The notes: generated by a model not told the origin, from the letters alone. A stretch of 64,000 bases of DNA from Rebecca billardiae RCC1528 (GCA_965240325.2 OZ251233.1:496001-560000), one strand, 5' to 3'. Shown: positions 42,647 to 54,578, numbered from the stretch's first letter. A program made the numbers and translations.

Positions 42647-45600
42647 CGGGGCCAAAGGGGGCGAAGGGGGCGCAGGCGGCGCGGGCGGAGGCGGAGGCGG
42701 CGGCGGCGACAGGGAAGGCGCCAAGGGCGCGGCCGGCGGGGGCACAGGCGGCGGCGGGGCCGCCGAGCGGGCGGGTGGGGACGCGGCGGCGGCGTGTGCG
42801 GCCGGCGGCGAGCGTGAGGGACCGGCGGCCGCGCGGGCCGGGGGCGCGCCGCCGCGGCCCGCGATGGCGGCGGCGGCGCTGGGCGCGGTAGGCGCCGCGG
42901 GGCGCGCCGCCCTGCGCGGGGCGCAGGGCGCGGCGGGGGCCGCGCGGCCGGCGCGCAGCAGAGGCGCGCAGGGCGCGCAGGGCGAGGCGGGGGCGGAGCG
43001 CGGCAGCGGCGCACGCGCGGAGGCTGCGCCGCAGCTCGCCCAGCAGGGCTCGGCCTCGGGCGGCGGCGCGTCGGCCGCCCCGAGGCGTGCCTTGCGCGCG
43101 GCGGCCAAGCTGCAGCGCGCGCGCTCGGCCGAGCAGCTGGAGTCGCAGCGAGGAGCGGCGGCGGAGGGGCCGCCGGCAGACGACGCGCGCGGCTGCATCG
43201 TGCGCGAGCGAGATCGCGCGTGCGGCTGCGTGCGCGCGGACAACCGCGCGCGCGCGGCCGCGCGCGCGGTGGTCGCGTCGCGCGCGTTCCGCTGGCTGGT
43301 CGTTTTCATGATCGGCGTGGGCTCGGTCGCGATGGCGATCGAGCCGCTCACGCCCGCGCAGGTGGCCGCGCGCCCGTGGCTCGCCGAGAGCACCGAGTGG
43401 GTCGACCGCGTGGTCACGGCCTTCTTTGTGGCCGAGCTCGGGCTCAAGCTGCTCGCTCTCGGGGTGCTCTGGCCCGCGCCGAGCGCGTACCTGCGCGACG
43501 CGTGGAACCGGCTCGACCTGGTGATCGTGCTCGCGTCCGTCGTCTCGCTGTGGAACGTGCCCGGCCTCGAGTGGCTCGCCGGCGCCATGTGCCTGCGCGC
43601 GCTCCGCCCGCTGCGTCTCGTCTCGCAGCACGGCGGCATGCGCGTGGTGGTGAACGCGCTGCTGCTCACGCTGCCCTCCGTGTGGAGCGTCGTCGTGATC
43701 TTCGCGCTGTTCATCCTCGTGTTCGCCATCCTGGGCGTGCAGCTCTTCGGCGGCGCGTTCGGCGCGTGCAACGACGAGACCATCCCCACCGCCGCGCAGT
43801 GCGTCGGCACGTTCGTGCCGCCGGGCGGCGGCGCGCCCGCAGCGCGCGAGTGGGCCAACCCGACGTACGGCCACTTCGACTCGGTCCCCTCGGCCTCGCT
43901 GCTCCTCTTTGAGCTCACGGGGCTCGAGGGCTGGCCGACGGTGATGTTCCGCGCGGTGGACGCCGTCGGCCCGGGCCTCGCGCCGTCGCGCGACCACAAC
44001 CCGTACGCCGCGCTCTTCTTCGTGCTGTGGGTCCTTCTGGGCGGCTTCTTCCTGGCGAACCTCTTTGTGGGCGTGATCGTCGACACCTTCTCCGAGCTCA
44101 AGCGCGCCGAGGAGGGGCTGCTCTTCATGACGGCGGAGCAGCGGCAGTGGGTGCGCATGCAGGAGGTGATGCTCCAGTCGGCGGCGCGGCAGAAGCCCGA
44201 GCGCCCGCGCTCCACGTGGCGCGGCGCGCTGTACGACGCCGTCGAGTCGAAGCACTTTGAGACCGTGGTGATGTGCGCGATCGGCCTGGGCGCGCTCGTG
44301 ACCGCGCTCAACGGGTACGACCGGCCGCGCTGGCTCGGCTCGGCGCCCGAGGTGGTGAGCATCGCGACGGGCGCGCTGTTCGCGCTGGAGGCGTCGCTCA
44401 AGATCGGCGCGTACGGCTGGGCCAAGTACATCGCGCAGGGCTGGAACCGCTTCGACTTCGTGATCGTGCTCGCCTCGGCCGCCGACTGGGTGATGCTGGC
44501 GATCCGCGTGAGCCTGCCCGTCTCCGGCGGCCTCGTGCGCGCGCTGCGGCTGCTGCGGCTCGTGCGCATCGTGCGCGCGGCGCGCTGGGCGCGCGGCGTG
44601 CTCGTGCTCGTGCGCGCTCTGCTGCTCACGCTGCCCTCGCTCGGCAACGTCGTCGTCCTCGTGATCGTCATCCTCTTCATGTTCGCCGTGCTCGGCACGC
44701 ACCTGTTCGTGCGCGTCACGGAGGGCGCGGTCGTCAGCGAGCACGTCAACTTTGGCTCGCTCGGCTCGGCGATGCTCACGCTCTTCCAGTGCGCGACGGG
44801 CGACGAGTGGAACGCGATCATGCACGACCTGATGCTCGGCGGCGGCTGCGACGCCGCGGCCCAAGTGCCCGCGTCCGCCGAGCACCACGGCGGGAGCGGC
44901 GGCGTCGACGGCGGCGTCGACGGCGGCGTCGACGGCGGCGGCGGCGTCGAGGGCGGTCCGTTTGCGCTCGGCTGCGCGACCGGCCTGGCCGTGCCCTACT
45001 TTGTGGCCTTCACGCTCACCTCGACGTTCATCGCGATGAACATCATCATCGCGATCGTGATCGACAACTTCTCGGACGCGGAGAACGAGCAGCAGCGGCG
45101 CGACGAGATGGTCACCACCGAGCACATCGACGCGTTCAGAGAGGCGTGGGCGCAGCTCGACCCGCAGGCGCTGCAGAGGCTGCACGTGCGCTGGCTCGAC
45201 GAGCTCGTGCGCATGACGCCGCAGCCGCTCGGGCTGAGCGGCGCGCTCGGCGCGGGGCGGCACTCGGCCTTCTTCGACTTCCTGCGCGAGGTGCGCACGC
45301 TGCGCGCGTACGCCGCGCACGCCGGCCCGGTCGTCACGTTCCACGACACGCTCGACGCGCTCATCGACCGCGCCTTCCCCGGCGCCAAGGCGGCGGCGAC
45401 CGAGCTGGGCAGCGGCGCGATGATTGCCGAGATGGAGCAGCGCAAGACGCAGCGGCAGCAGCAGCAGCTCTCGCGCACGCTGAGCGAGCGCAGGGCGTCG
45501 CCGCTCCCGGGCCGCATCGTCGCGACCATCGTGCCGGACACGATCGACGCGCCGATCGTCGAGGTGTACGCGGCGCTCCGGCTGCAGCGGCAGTGGCGCG

Positions 45601-45941
45601 AGCGAACGCAGCGCAGGAAGGGCGAGGGGCGGCGCTTCACCAGCCCGGTGCAGCTCAAGCGCATGCAGTCCGCGATGCGCAAGGCCAGGCTCTCGCGGCT
45701 CTCGATCACAGGGATCACAGGGGTGCGGCCGAGCAAGCGGCGCCTCTTCGACCTCGTCGACGGCGATGCCAAGTCGGGCGGCGGCCTGCGCAAGCCGCTG
45801 CGGCTCAAGTGGCGGCGCCCCGCCGCGCTCGCGGCGTGCGGCTGGCCGCGCCCGCCGCGCAGCGCCGACGCGCGCGAGGCGCGAGCAGCCGCGAGCGGGA
45901 AGAAGGCGGGAGGTAAGCCATCCATCACCGACCTGCTGTAA
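40857..45941 (+). CDS. Four-domain voltage-gated Ca2+/Na+ channel alpha subunit (intronless)
   Basis: Four 6-TM repeats with S4 sensors (RCVRALRPLRTIKR, RAFRLFRVLKLAR, LRALRPLRLV, RALRLLRLVRIVRAAR). Pore loops TLEGW, SGEDW, GLEGW and TGDEW. III-IV linker LFMTAEQ, EF-hand-like FREAWAQLDP, IQ-like AALRLQRQWR. Confidence 0.97.
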
Positions 45942-46995
45942 GAGGCCACTCGAGCGACTTCGTGTCAGGCGAGGCAGATCGCGCCAGTGCGAGGCGAGGC
46001 AGACGCTCGCCTGCCTCGCCCAGCAGGCGAGGCAGCTAAGCTAGTAAAGCCGCGGCCGAACTTTACGAAAGCCAAATGTCTGCCGGTGCGCCGCCCGTCT
46101 TTGCGCACGGTGACAAGGGCGCGCGAGGGCGCTTCCTCACGATCCCGAAGAGCGCTGCGCGCGGCGTCGCGTTGGCGGCGGCAGCGGCGCTGGGGTGTAT
46201 CTTGCCCATTCTGCTTGGCGGTGCGCGCTCATGACGCCTCGGCCGCCGCCACGCCATGCGCGACCGGGCGTGTCGCCTTCTTGACGGGCAGTGCACACGC
46301 CCTTGCAAGCGCACAGCCGTGAAGAGCCGAGAGCGTCCGTCGCGCGCACGCCGCCCACGCGGGATGAGGTTTCAGGACTATTCGTATGACACTGAGCGAT
46401 CGCGCTCTGGCATGTGCGAGCCATGATGACCATGGGTAGCAACTACGATGACCACTGCTCACCTGCATTTCAGCCGATGACATCCTCTCGTTCAGCGATC
46501 TTGACTGCTCTGAACGCATGGCGAACTCGGCGGAGCGCATGGGCAAGGTGGCTTCGTTGATAACACAAAGCATCCCGCGTGGGCGGCGTGCGCGCGACGG
46601 ACGCTCTCGGCTCTTCACGGCTGTGCGCTTGCAAGGGCGTGTGCACTGCCCGTCAAGAAGGCGACACGCCCGGTCGCGCATGGCGTGGCGGCGGCCGAGG
46701 CGTCATGAGCGCGCACCGCCAAGCAGAATGGGCAAGATACACCCCAGCGCCGCTGCCGCCGCCAACGCGACGCCGCGCGCAGCGCTCTTCGGGATCGTGA
46801 GGAAGCGCCCTCGCGCGCCCTTGTCACCGTGCGCAAAGACGGGCGGCGCACCGGCAGACATTTGGCTTTCGTAAAGTTCGGCCGCGGCTTTACTAGCTTA
46901 GCTGCCTCGCCTGCTGGGCGAGGCAGGCGAGCGTCTGCCTCGCCTCGCACTGGCGCGATCTGCCTCGCCTGACACGAAGTCGCTCGAGCGGCCTC
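45942..46995. mobile_element. Foldback TIR element with 425-bp arms, GAGGCC termini and 5-bp TSD TGTAA
   Basis: Arms 45942-46366 and 46571-46995 are reverse complements around a 204-bp spacer. TGTAA lies at 45937-41 (including the channel stop codon) and at 46996-47000. Confidence 0.92.
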
Positions 46996-47350
46996 TGTAA
47001 GCCGCAACCTCCGGGCGTCCTCGATCACTCCTCGAGTCCATTATAATTGAGTCTCGAGTGAACTGAGTCACAAATGAGAAGACCGCGATCGACGAGTCCG
47101 CGGACGAGTGGGATCGAGGCTGCTCGTTGTATGAGAATTAGCAGATACAATGCTGGACAGCGCTGTATTGGCGAGATGAATATGGAATCCATCATGACGA
47201 CAACGAGTCGGCTCATCTGCTACGGAATGTGGAATATCATCAGACATTCAGACTGCGCCCTGAATATGATATGATTATAATAATGAGTCGGGCTGGTTTA
47301 AGCGATGAGCCGGGAGTTGGCGGCCTTGAGCGGGGCCCCCCTTCGACGAG

Positions 47351-50248
47351 ATGAGTTTGCCCTCTCCGCAGAGCGCGACGGCGCAGCGCGTGGAAAGCCA
47401 CATCGCCGATCTCAAGTCGTTTGCCCGCGCGATTGGCGACGAGCGCGCGCAGCTGCTGTCCGATTGCCCGCCGCAGCGGTCGTCTGAGTGCGCCTCGTCC
47501 GACTCGGGCGAATCGGCGCACATGGTGTGGTCGCGGCAGGAGATTCTGCGCGTGACGACGCCGCCTCCGCTGCAGCTCTCCTGGCGCTACACGTACGCCG
47601 ATCCGTGCGAGGAGGCTGAGCAGGTGGCCGAGGAGCTGCGCCCGATGATGGGCCGCCGCCTGTTCCTCGTCGGCCGCTTCTTTGCGGGCATGAGCGCGTG
47701 GGTCGTCGTGCGCGAGGCGTGGGCGACGCGCGCCGAGCCGTCGGCCTTCCTCGCGCTCGCCCTGGCGGCGCTGTGCGCGCACCTCGCGATGATGACGGTC
47801 GGCCTGCGCTCCGAGCGCTGGGGTCTGCGCTACCGCACGCTCGAGGCCGTCGCGGTCGCGATCGGCATGGTGCACACGCTCGTCCAAGGCCTCGCGTTTG
47901 TGCCGTACCGGCTGGACGCGCTCTTCGGCGCGGAGCCGCCCGCGACAGCGCAGTTCCGGATGTCGGTCGCGGACGCGCGGCTGCGCGTCGCGCTCATCCC
48001 GGTCGCCTACTCAGTGTTCCTGCCGATGCAGCCGCTCGGCTTTGGCGTCCTCGGCGGCTGGATCTTCACGCAGGCGATCAGCGTGTGGTGGCTGCTGCCG
48101 CCGCCGCCGTCGGACGGCAGCCAGGACCTCGGCTCTGTGATCACGCTGTGCACGATCGTCGTCATGGCCATGTTCAGCCGCGTGTACGTCGTCCTCTCGC
48201 GCCGCGGGCAGTGGCACTACAAGCGGACCGTGCGCCGCGCGCTCGTCGACCTGGTCGAGATCGAGCGCGCGCGCCGCCGGCTCGAGTCGGCCGAGGCGCT
48301 GCAGAAGACCGCGCTGCTCACCGCGCAGGTGGCGCAGGGCGCGCGCTCGCGCCTCATCCGGATGGTGATGCACGACCTGCGCTCGCCGCTCCTCTCCGTC
48401 GTCAACATCGCCGCCTCGGTCGACGCGATGCCCGCGGGCACGGTGCTCGGCGACGCGCGCATGCGCTCGGCCACCGAGGCGCTCAGCACGTGCGCCACGC
48501 TGATGGAGCAGATCGTGAGCGACATGCTCGACTTTGAGCGGATCGACTCGGGCCGGCTGGTGCTCGTGCCCGCGCCGTTCCACGTCTCGCAGCTGCTGCG
48601 CGACGCGCTCGCCACCTTCGCGGGCCTGGCGCACAAGAAGGGCGTCGAGATGAGCACCGAGGCTCTGCCGGACGAGCTCGCGAGCCGCTGGTTCGTGGGC
48701 GACAGCCGCCGGCTGCAGCAGTGCCTCAACAACGGCATCTCGAACGCGATCAAGTTCACCGAGCGCGGCGGGAGCGTGCGCGTGCGCGCGTACGCGGCGC
48801 AGGAGGCCGCGGCCGAGACGCCCTCGCAGGAAGCCAGCCCCGCTGCGTCCGACGCCGAGCCGGCCGAGGGCACGGAGAGGGCGGCCGACGGCGCGCGCGA
48901 CGACGACGGCGACGCCGCGCTGCTGCTCGGAGCAGACGATGCGTGCGCGGCCGACGCGCCGCTGTGGCGCGTGCACGTGTGCGTCACTGACACGGGCGTG
49001 GGGCTGGACGCGGACGAGCTGGCGGCGCTGCAGAGCGGCGACCTGTTCCAGCAGGTGGGCAAGGGGCAGCTGCAGGGCAACGGCGGGACTGGGCTGGGAC
49101 TGAGCATCACACGGCAGCTGCTCGCGCTGCACTCGCGGTCCACGCTCCACCTCAGCTCAGCGGGCGCGCGCCAGGGGACCAGCTTTGAGCTGCGGCTCCG
49201 GCTGCGCGAGGCGCACGGGCGGCCCGTCCGCCGCCACTCGTCGCTGCGGCGGTGCAGCCTCGCCTCGAGCGCGCCCGCCGAGACCGAGGAGCTCGAGCGC
49301 GCGGACGGTGCCGCGCACGCCCACTCGCTCGAGCCGTCCGCGCTGCAGCTGCGCCCGGCCTTCCGTGTGCTGTACGCAGAGGATGATGCCTTCCTGCAGG
49401 TGCGCAGCGGGCTGGCCGCGCGGGAGCGGCGCGCGCGCCGAATGCGCACCGAGTGCCGGCGCCGTGCCGCGCGCGCACCTGCCCCCGCGCCGGTGCCCGC
49501 GCGCGCCGCTCGGCTCGCGGCTGCCCCCTGAGCCCGGCGCCCCCGCGGGTCGCGCGCCGCGCAGATGTCTATGCAGGCGCGGCTCTTTGGGCCGTACGCC
49601 GTGGCGGTGGACATGGCGCACGATGGGCAGGAGGCGCTCGAGGCCGTCACGGCGGAGCTGGGGAGGTACGATCTCGTGCTGCTGGACAACCAGATGCCGC
49701 GGATGAACGGCACGACCGCGACGCGCAGGATGCGCGAGGCGGGGTATGCAGGCGTCATCATCGGCATGACCGGTGCGCGGCGGGCGCGGCGCGGCGCATC
49801 GTGCCGGCACCGCCCCGCGTGCGCGCGCGCGCCCGTCGCGTCGGCTGACCCCACGCGCGCGCTGGCACTTGCGCGGCCGCCGCGTGACGGCGCAGGCGAC
49901 CCGGCCGGCTGCCCGGAGCGTGCGGAGTTCGAGGCGAGCGGCCTCGACTCGTGCATCGACAAGGACAACAACGGCGTGCAGTCCATCATCGCGCTCCTCT
50001 TCGAGCTGAGCCAGCAGGCAGCAGCAGACGTGGACTCGCTCGAGTTGAGCTGCGCCGAGCATCCGGGCGCGCAGTCTGATGAGCAGCTGGGACCCGCCGC
50101 CGGGGCCGACGGAGCTGACGTCGTCATCGACTGTCATCACGCGGTGGCGGACGCAGCAGGCGTCGCCGGCGCAGGCGGGGCTAGCCCAGCAGACGCCACC
50201 GATGACGGCGACGAGCGCTGCGCCGCATCAATCTCAATCTGTTCGTAA
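47351..50248 (+). CDS. Membrane-bound hybrid sensor histidine kinase (TM - HisKA - HATPase - receiver); introns 49400-49564 and 49773-49895
   Basis: H-box MVMHDLRSPL, N-box LNNGISNAIKFT, G1 DTGVGL, G2 GTGLGLSI. The receiver (VLYAEDD...DLVLLDNQMP...IIGMTG|D...IDK) is assembled across two GT..AG introns. About 5-6 N-terminal hydrophobic helices. Confidence 0.93.
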
Positions 50249-50613
50249 GTCAGCGGTCCCACCGCCGCGAATAATCCGTGCGCGCGCATCATCGCGATAG
50301 TAGATAGATCGTCGATCATATCATCATCGCCAGCAGCAGCAGCAGCATCTGACTCTCATCAGAAAGTCAGTAGCAGTACCGCCTCATCGCGATCGATCAT
50401 GATCATTTCATCCGCCGATATCGCGCGTCGTCGTGACGTGGCCCGGCGCGGACGGCGCGGTGCTGCAAAGCCTACAAAGCAGCCCCAGCGCCTGGCTTGC
50501 AAGCAGGCCCTGCGCGCGGCGCGCCCTCCGCGCGGCGCGGAGCACATCGAGTCCCGCGTGCACAGGGGCCACCGCTCGCCTGTCCGCTCCACCACCCGCG
50601 GCCCGGCGCCCCC

Positions 50614-52297
50614 TCAGGTGACGTTGAGAATCTTCTCAAACTCCTCGCCGTCCGTGTCGGGCGGGATCTCCTTGATCATGCCCTTGCGGTCGAAGTACTG
50701 TTCTATTTGCTGCAGCACCAACATCTCCTTGTCGTCGTGGATCATGTTCAGCGCCGAGCCCTTGCGCCCGAAGCGGCCCGTGCGGCCGACGCGGTGCAGG
50801 TACGTGTCCGGGTCGCTCGTGCCGCCCTTGCGCACCGGCATGTCGTAGTTGATCACGAGCGTCACCGCGGGCACGTCGATGCTGCGCGGCGCGGCGGCGG
50901 CAGCGCGCGCGCGGCGCGCGTGAGGGCCAGCTCTCGCGGTGGCCAGCTCGCGCGCAAGCCCTCGCCCAGCCCGCACCCTCGCGGCCGCCCGGGCGCTTGC
51001 GCTTGCGCGCGCTCCCTCGCGCGCGCACCCGCGCGAGAGCACGTTGGTCGTGACGAGAAAGCGCGTGACGCCCTCGCGGAAGTCAACAAGCACCTTGTCG
51101 CGCGCGGCCGACTCCATGCGCCCGTGCAGCGCGGAGACGGGGTGGCCGTTGGCGGTGAGCGTGCTCTTGAGCTGGTCCACCGTGTCGCGCAGGTGCACGA
51201 AGATGATGCACTGCCCCACATTCACCACCGACAGGATCTCGGTGAGCCGCTCGAGCTTCTCGGTCACGCCGTTCGTGCGGTAGAAGTACTGCGCGACCTG
51301 GTCGTTGAAGATGTGCTCGCGCTTCACCTCGATCTGGGACCAGGGGTTGTCCATCGAGAGCTGCGTGGCGAGCCGCTTGACCGGCTCCGTGTACGTCGCC
51401 GAGAAGAAGAGCGTCTGCACGTCCTTGCGCAGCCGCGAGCGGATGCGCTTCGACTGGTCGCCCAGCCCGCCGAGCATGAGCATCTCGTCCGCCTCGTCGA
51501 GCACAAACATCCGAATGGACGCGGGGTCGAGCACGCGCAGGTTGAGGAGGGAGACGATCTTGCCGGGCGTGCCGATCACGATCTGCTCGGTGAGCCGCTC
51601 GCCCTTCTCCCACCGCTCCTCGCGCAGGATGCACTTGATCTTGAGCCCCTTCTCCTGGATGAGGTACTTGCCCATCTTGAGCACCTCCTCCTCGATCTGC
51701 TTGGCGAGCTCGCGCGTGGGGCACACGCACAGCGCCTGCGGCGAGGGCTCGGGCGAGACGAAGCGGAGCATGCCCAGCACGAAGCAGCACGTCTTGCCCG
51801 TCCCGTTGTGCGCCTGCGCGAGCAGGTTGCGCCCCATCGTGATCTTGGGCAGCGAGGCCGCCTGGATCTTGGACGGGCGCGAGAACTTCATCTCGTACAG
51901 CCCCTTGAGCACGAGCGGGTCGAGGCCGAGCTCGGGGTCCTCGAACGAGGTGATCGAGACGGCGAAGAGCGCGTCCTTCCGGTCCGACTTGTCGATCACC
52001 TGGTCCGACTCCTTCTCGCGAAGGCCCACCTCCGGCTCTGGCGCTGCGAGCGCGAGGGAGCGCGCGCGCGAGCGCGCACGCGCGCCGGCGAGCGCGCGAG
52101 GGTCGGCGGCGGCGGCGGCGGCACACGCGCGCCGGGCGGCGCGGCGAGCGCGCGGGGCTGCAATTCGCCGCCGCCGTGTGCGCGCGCGCACTGTCATCCA
52201 CGTCCTCGGGGTCCTTCACCGTGCCCGCCTCCGCGAGCGAGTCTGCGAGGTCACTCGCCGCGGCCGCGGCCGGCGCGCTCGCGAGTGCGGCGGACAT
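50614..52297 (-). CDS. DBP5: DEAD-box RNA helicase DBP5/DDX19 (mRNA export); introns about 52044-52191 and 50882-51028
   Basis: LKGLYEMKFSRPSKIQAASLP, AQAHNGTGKT, PTRELA, GTPG, DEADEML, FSAT, RG|IDV and YLHRVGRTGRFGRKG. The PSKIQ and GRFGRKG signatures fit the DDX19/25 clade. Confidence 0.9.
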
Positions 52298-52533
52298 CTG
52301 CGGCTGAGTGGTGCGGCTGGGTGCCCAACGGTCGAGGCGGCGAGCCTCCTGGCGCCTCGGTGCTCAGCACGCGCGCGCGCTGCACGCGTTGGCTGCGCTC
52401 GCGATGGCGCGCTCCGCACGCGACGTGTCGTCGGCGCGAGTCGGGAGGGCGGCTGAGGCACGGACCAGGCACGCCAGCCAGCTGCTCACTCACTGCAGCC
52501 GCCAAGCGAGCGGCTGGCCCATACACATTCAGC

Positions 52534-54262
52534 ATGGCGGCTCCTCCCGCTCCGACCGCTGATGAAGCTCAGACTGCTGACGCTTCGGCCGTTGGCTCTG
52601 CTCTGCTTCTTGAAGGAACAATCGCCAAATTCAAGCGAAACACAACCATTCCCAAGCTGCACGCAGTTGCTCAGAGGAAGTACGACATCTTCTGCCGCAA
52701 CCGCACGGCCGAGCTCTACACCACGTGCTTCGGCTTGGTCGGCGATTCTCCTCCAGACTTTAGCGAGGCGGTATTTGTGAGGGAATTCGAGGCATGCGTG
52801 CCATTCCCGGGCAAAACGAACCAGCGCCCGGTCTGTGGCATGGCCAGAGGTGGGTCCACCCCGCACGGCCTCATTCGATACGAGTTCAAAGGCTGCAGTG
52901 TCGAGGAGTGCCGCGTCAATGGAAGGGAGCACGGTCTGCGCGTCGTCTGCACCCAGATGGGCGACTATTGGATCCGGCTCTATTCGAATGGCGTGCGTCT
53001 CGCCCAGATCGTGCTGACCGCGGACGGCACAGAGGGAGGTGGCCTCACAATCGACAATGGCGGGCTGGAGGCGCTCAAGGGCCACCTCCACTTGATACGC
53101 GGATGCATCACTTTGGCCCCGGGCAGTAAGAGGCCACTTCACCGAAATCCAGGTTGGGGAGGATCTCCGCTGCACTGGTGGGGAGGATGTCATCCTCCCC
53201 GCTCGCCACGGCTGGGGAGGATGTCCGCCGCGCTGTCCGGTCTTTCGCCGCTGACAAAACTTTCGAAAACGAAAGTCGCGCTATGGCGGACCCGGTGTTC
53301 CCGCCCGGCGGCGAAAGGGGCGCGGGGCCGGTGGCTCGCGATCCGAAGGGCAGTAGCTCGCGACCTCGCTTGGGCGGTGGCAGCGGCGCTGTGGCACGGC
53401 GTGTACCATCCGCGCGGCTGTGCGCGATCGCGCGGTCCCGTTCGTCGCCACGCCGCGCGCGACCGTTCACGCCACAGTCTTTCCGCACTGGCATGCACCC
53501 GTTGCAAGCGCATGACGGCGGAGAGCTCAGAGAGCCCGTCACGCGCGTGACGACCGTGTGGGATGGGTTGTGCCGATATGAAGGCTGCCCTTCGTAGGCT
53601 TTCTGATGAGCCCATCCAACGTTCAGACCATTCCTAACTGCTGAAAGATGAGTCATCGCCTGCCACACGGCCATGGAGTTGTGGACAGTACAGCAGCCGT
53701 CCATGATCCGCATGCCCGCCTCATGGGCCGGCGCGTGCCTCCCTGAACATGAAGACAAGCTGTACAACCCATCCCACACGGTCGTCACGCGCGTGACGGG
53801 CTCTCTGAGCTCTCCGCCGTCATGCGCTTGCAACGGGTGCATGCCAGTGCGGAAAGACTGTGGCGTGAACGGTCGCGCGCGGCGTGGCGACGAACGGGAC
53901 CGCGCGATCGCGCACAGCCGCGCGGATGGTACACGCTGTGCCACAGCGCCGCTGCCACCGCCCAAGCGAGGTCGCGTGCTACTGCCCTTCGGATCGCGAG
54001 CCACCGGCCCCGCGCCCCTTTCGCCGCCGGGCGGGAACACCGGGTCCGCCATAGCGCGACTTTCGTTTTCGAAAGTTTTGTCAGCGGCGAAAGACCGGAC
54101 AGCGCGGCGGACATCCTCCCCAGCCGTGGCGAGCGGGGAGGATGACATCCTCCCCACCAGTGCAGCGGAGATCCTCCCCAACCTGGATTTCGGTGAAGTG
54201 GCCTCAGTAACGCAGTTGAGTCTGGCTCGTCCGTCAGAACGCGGCGCCTAGCAGCGCCGTAG
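52534..54262 (+). pseudogene. Orphan ORF (about 215 aa when reconstructed) interrupted near its 3' end by a foldback element
   Basis: ATG at 52534 opens a non-low-complexity frame to 53129 (possible MORN-like NGREHGLRVV). Removing the element and one TSD copy gives ...APGSNAVESGSSVRTRRLAAP*, with TAG at 54260-62. GC is lower than in neighbouring genes. Confidence 0.55.
53130..54205. mobile_element. Foldback TIR element with 442-bp arms, GAGGCC termini and 5-bp TSD AGTAA
   Basis: Arms 53130-53571 and 53764-54205 are reverse complements with a few mismatches, around a 192-bp spacer. AGTAA lies at 53125-29 and 54206-10. Confidence 0.92.
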
Positions 54263-54578
54263 CGGTGGTCAGTGCGGTCCGCGCGGAAGACGCGGCCGGC
54301 TGCATGTGCGCGCCGGAAAAAATCGTTCGGCCGTCCGACTGCGAGGCCTGGATGAGGGCTGCGGCCAGTACCCGCAAATCATTATTAGAAGGTTCGACGA
54401 GAACTCGGTTATGATAATGTACGTACAGTTTAGGACACAACTAGATAACCAACTCGCCGGCCTATTTTTGTACTCCTATACTCATCACGCGGGCGGCCCT
54501 CGCGAGCCGGCACCCGCGTGCGCACCGGTTGGGAGCTTCAGTTAAAGGACAGATTCCTATCATAGCGCTAAGATCAGT

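Noticed and set aside
50497-53550. A single 1017-aa ORF
   Set aside because: A chance fusion of the DBP5 antisense frame, the orphan gene (from 52534) and a TIR arm.
53600-53650. Hammerhead ribozyme in the foldback spacer (ctgatgag...gaaa)
   Set aside because: The core words are present, but stems II and III cannot be formed convincingly.
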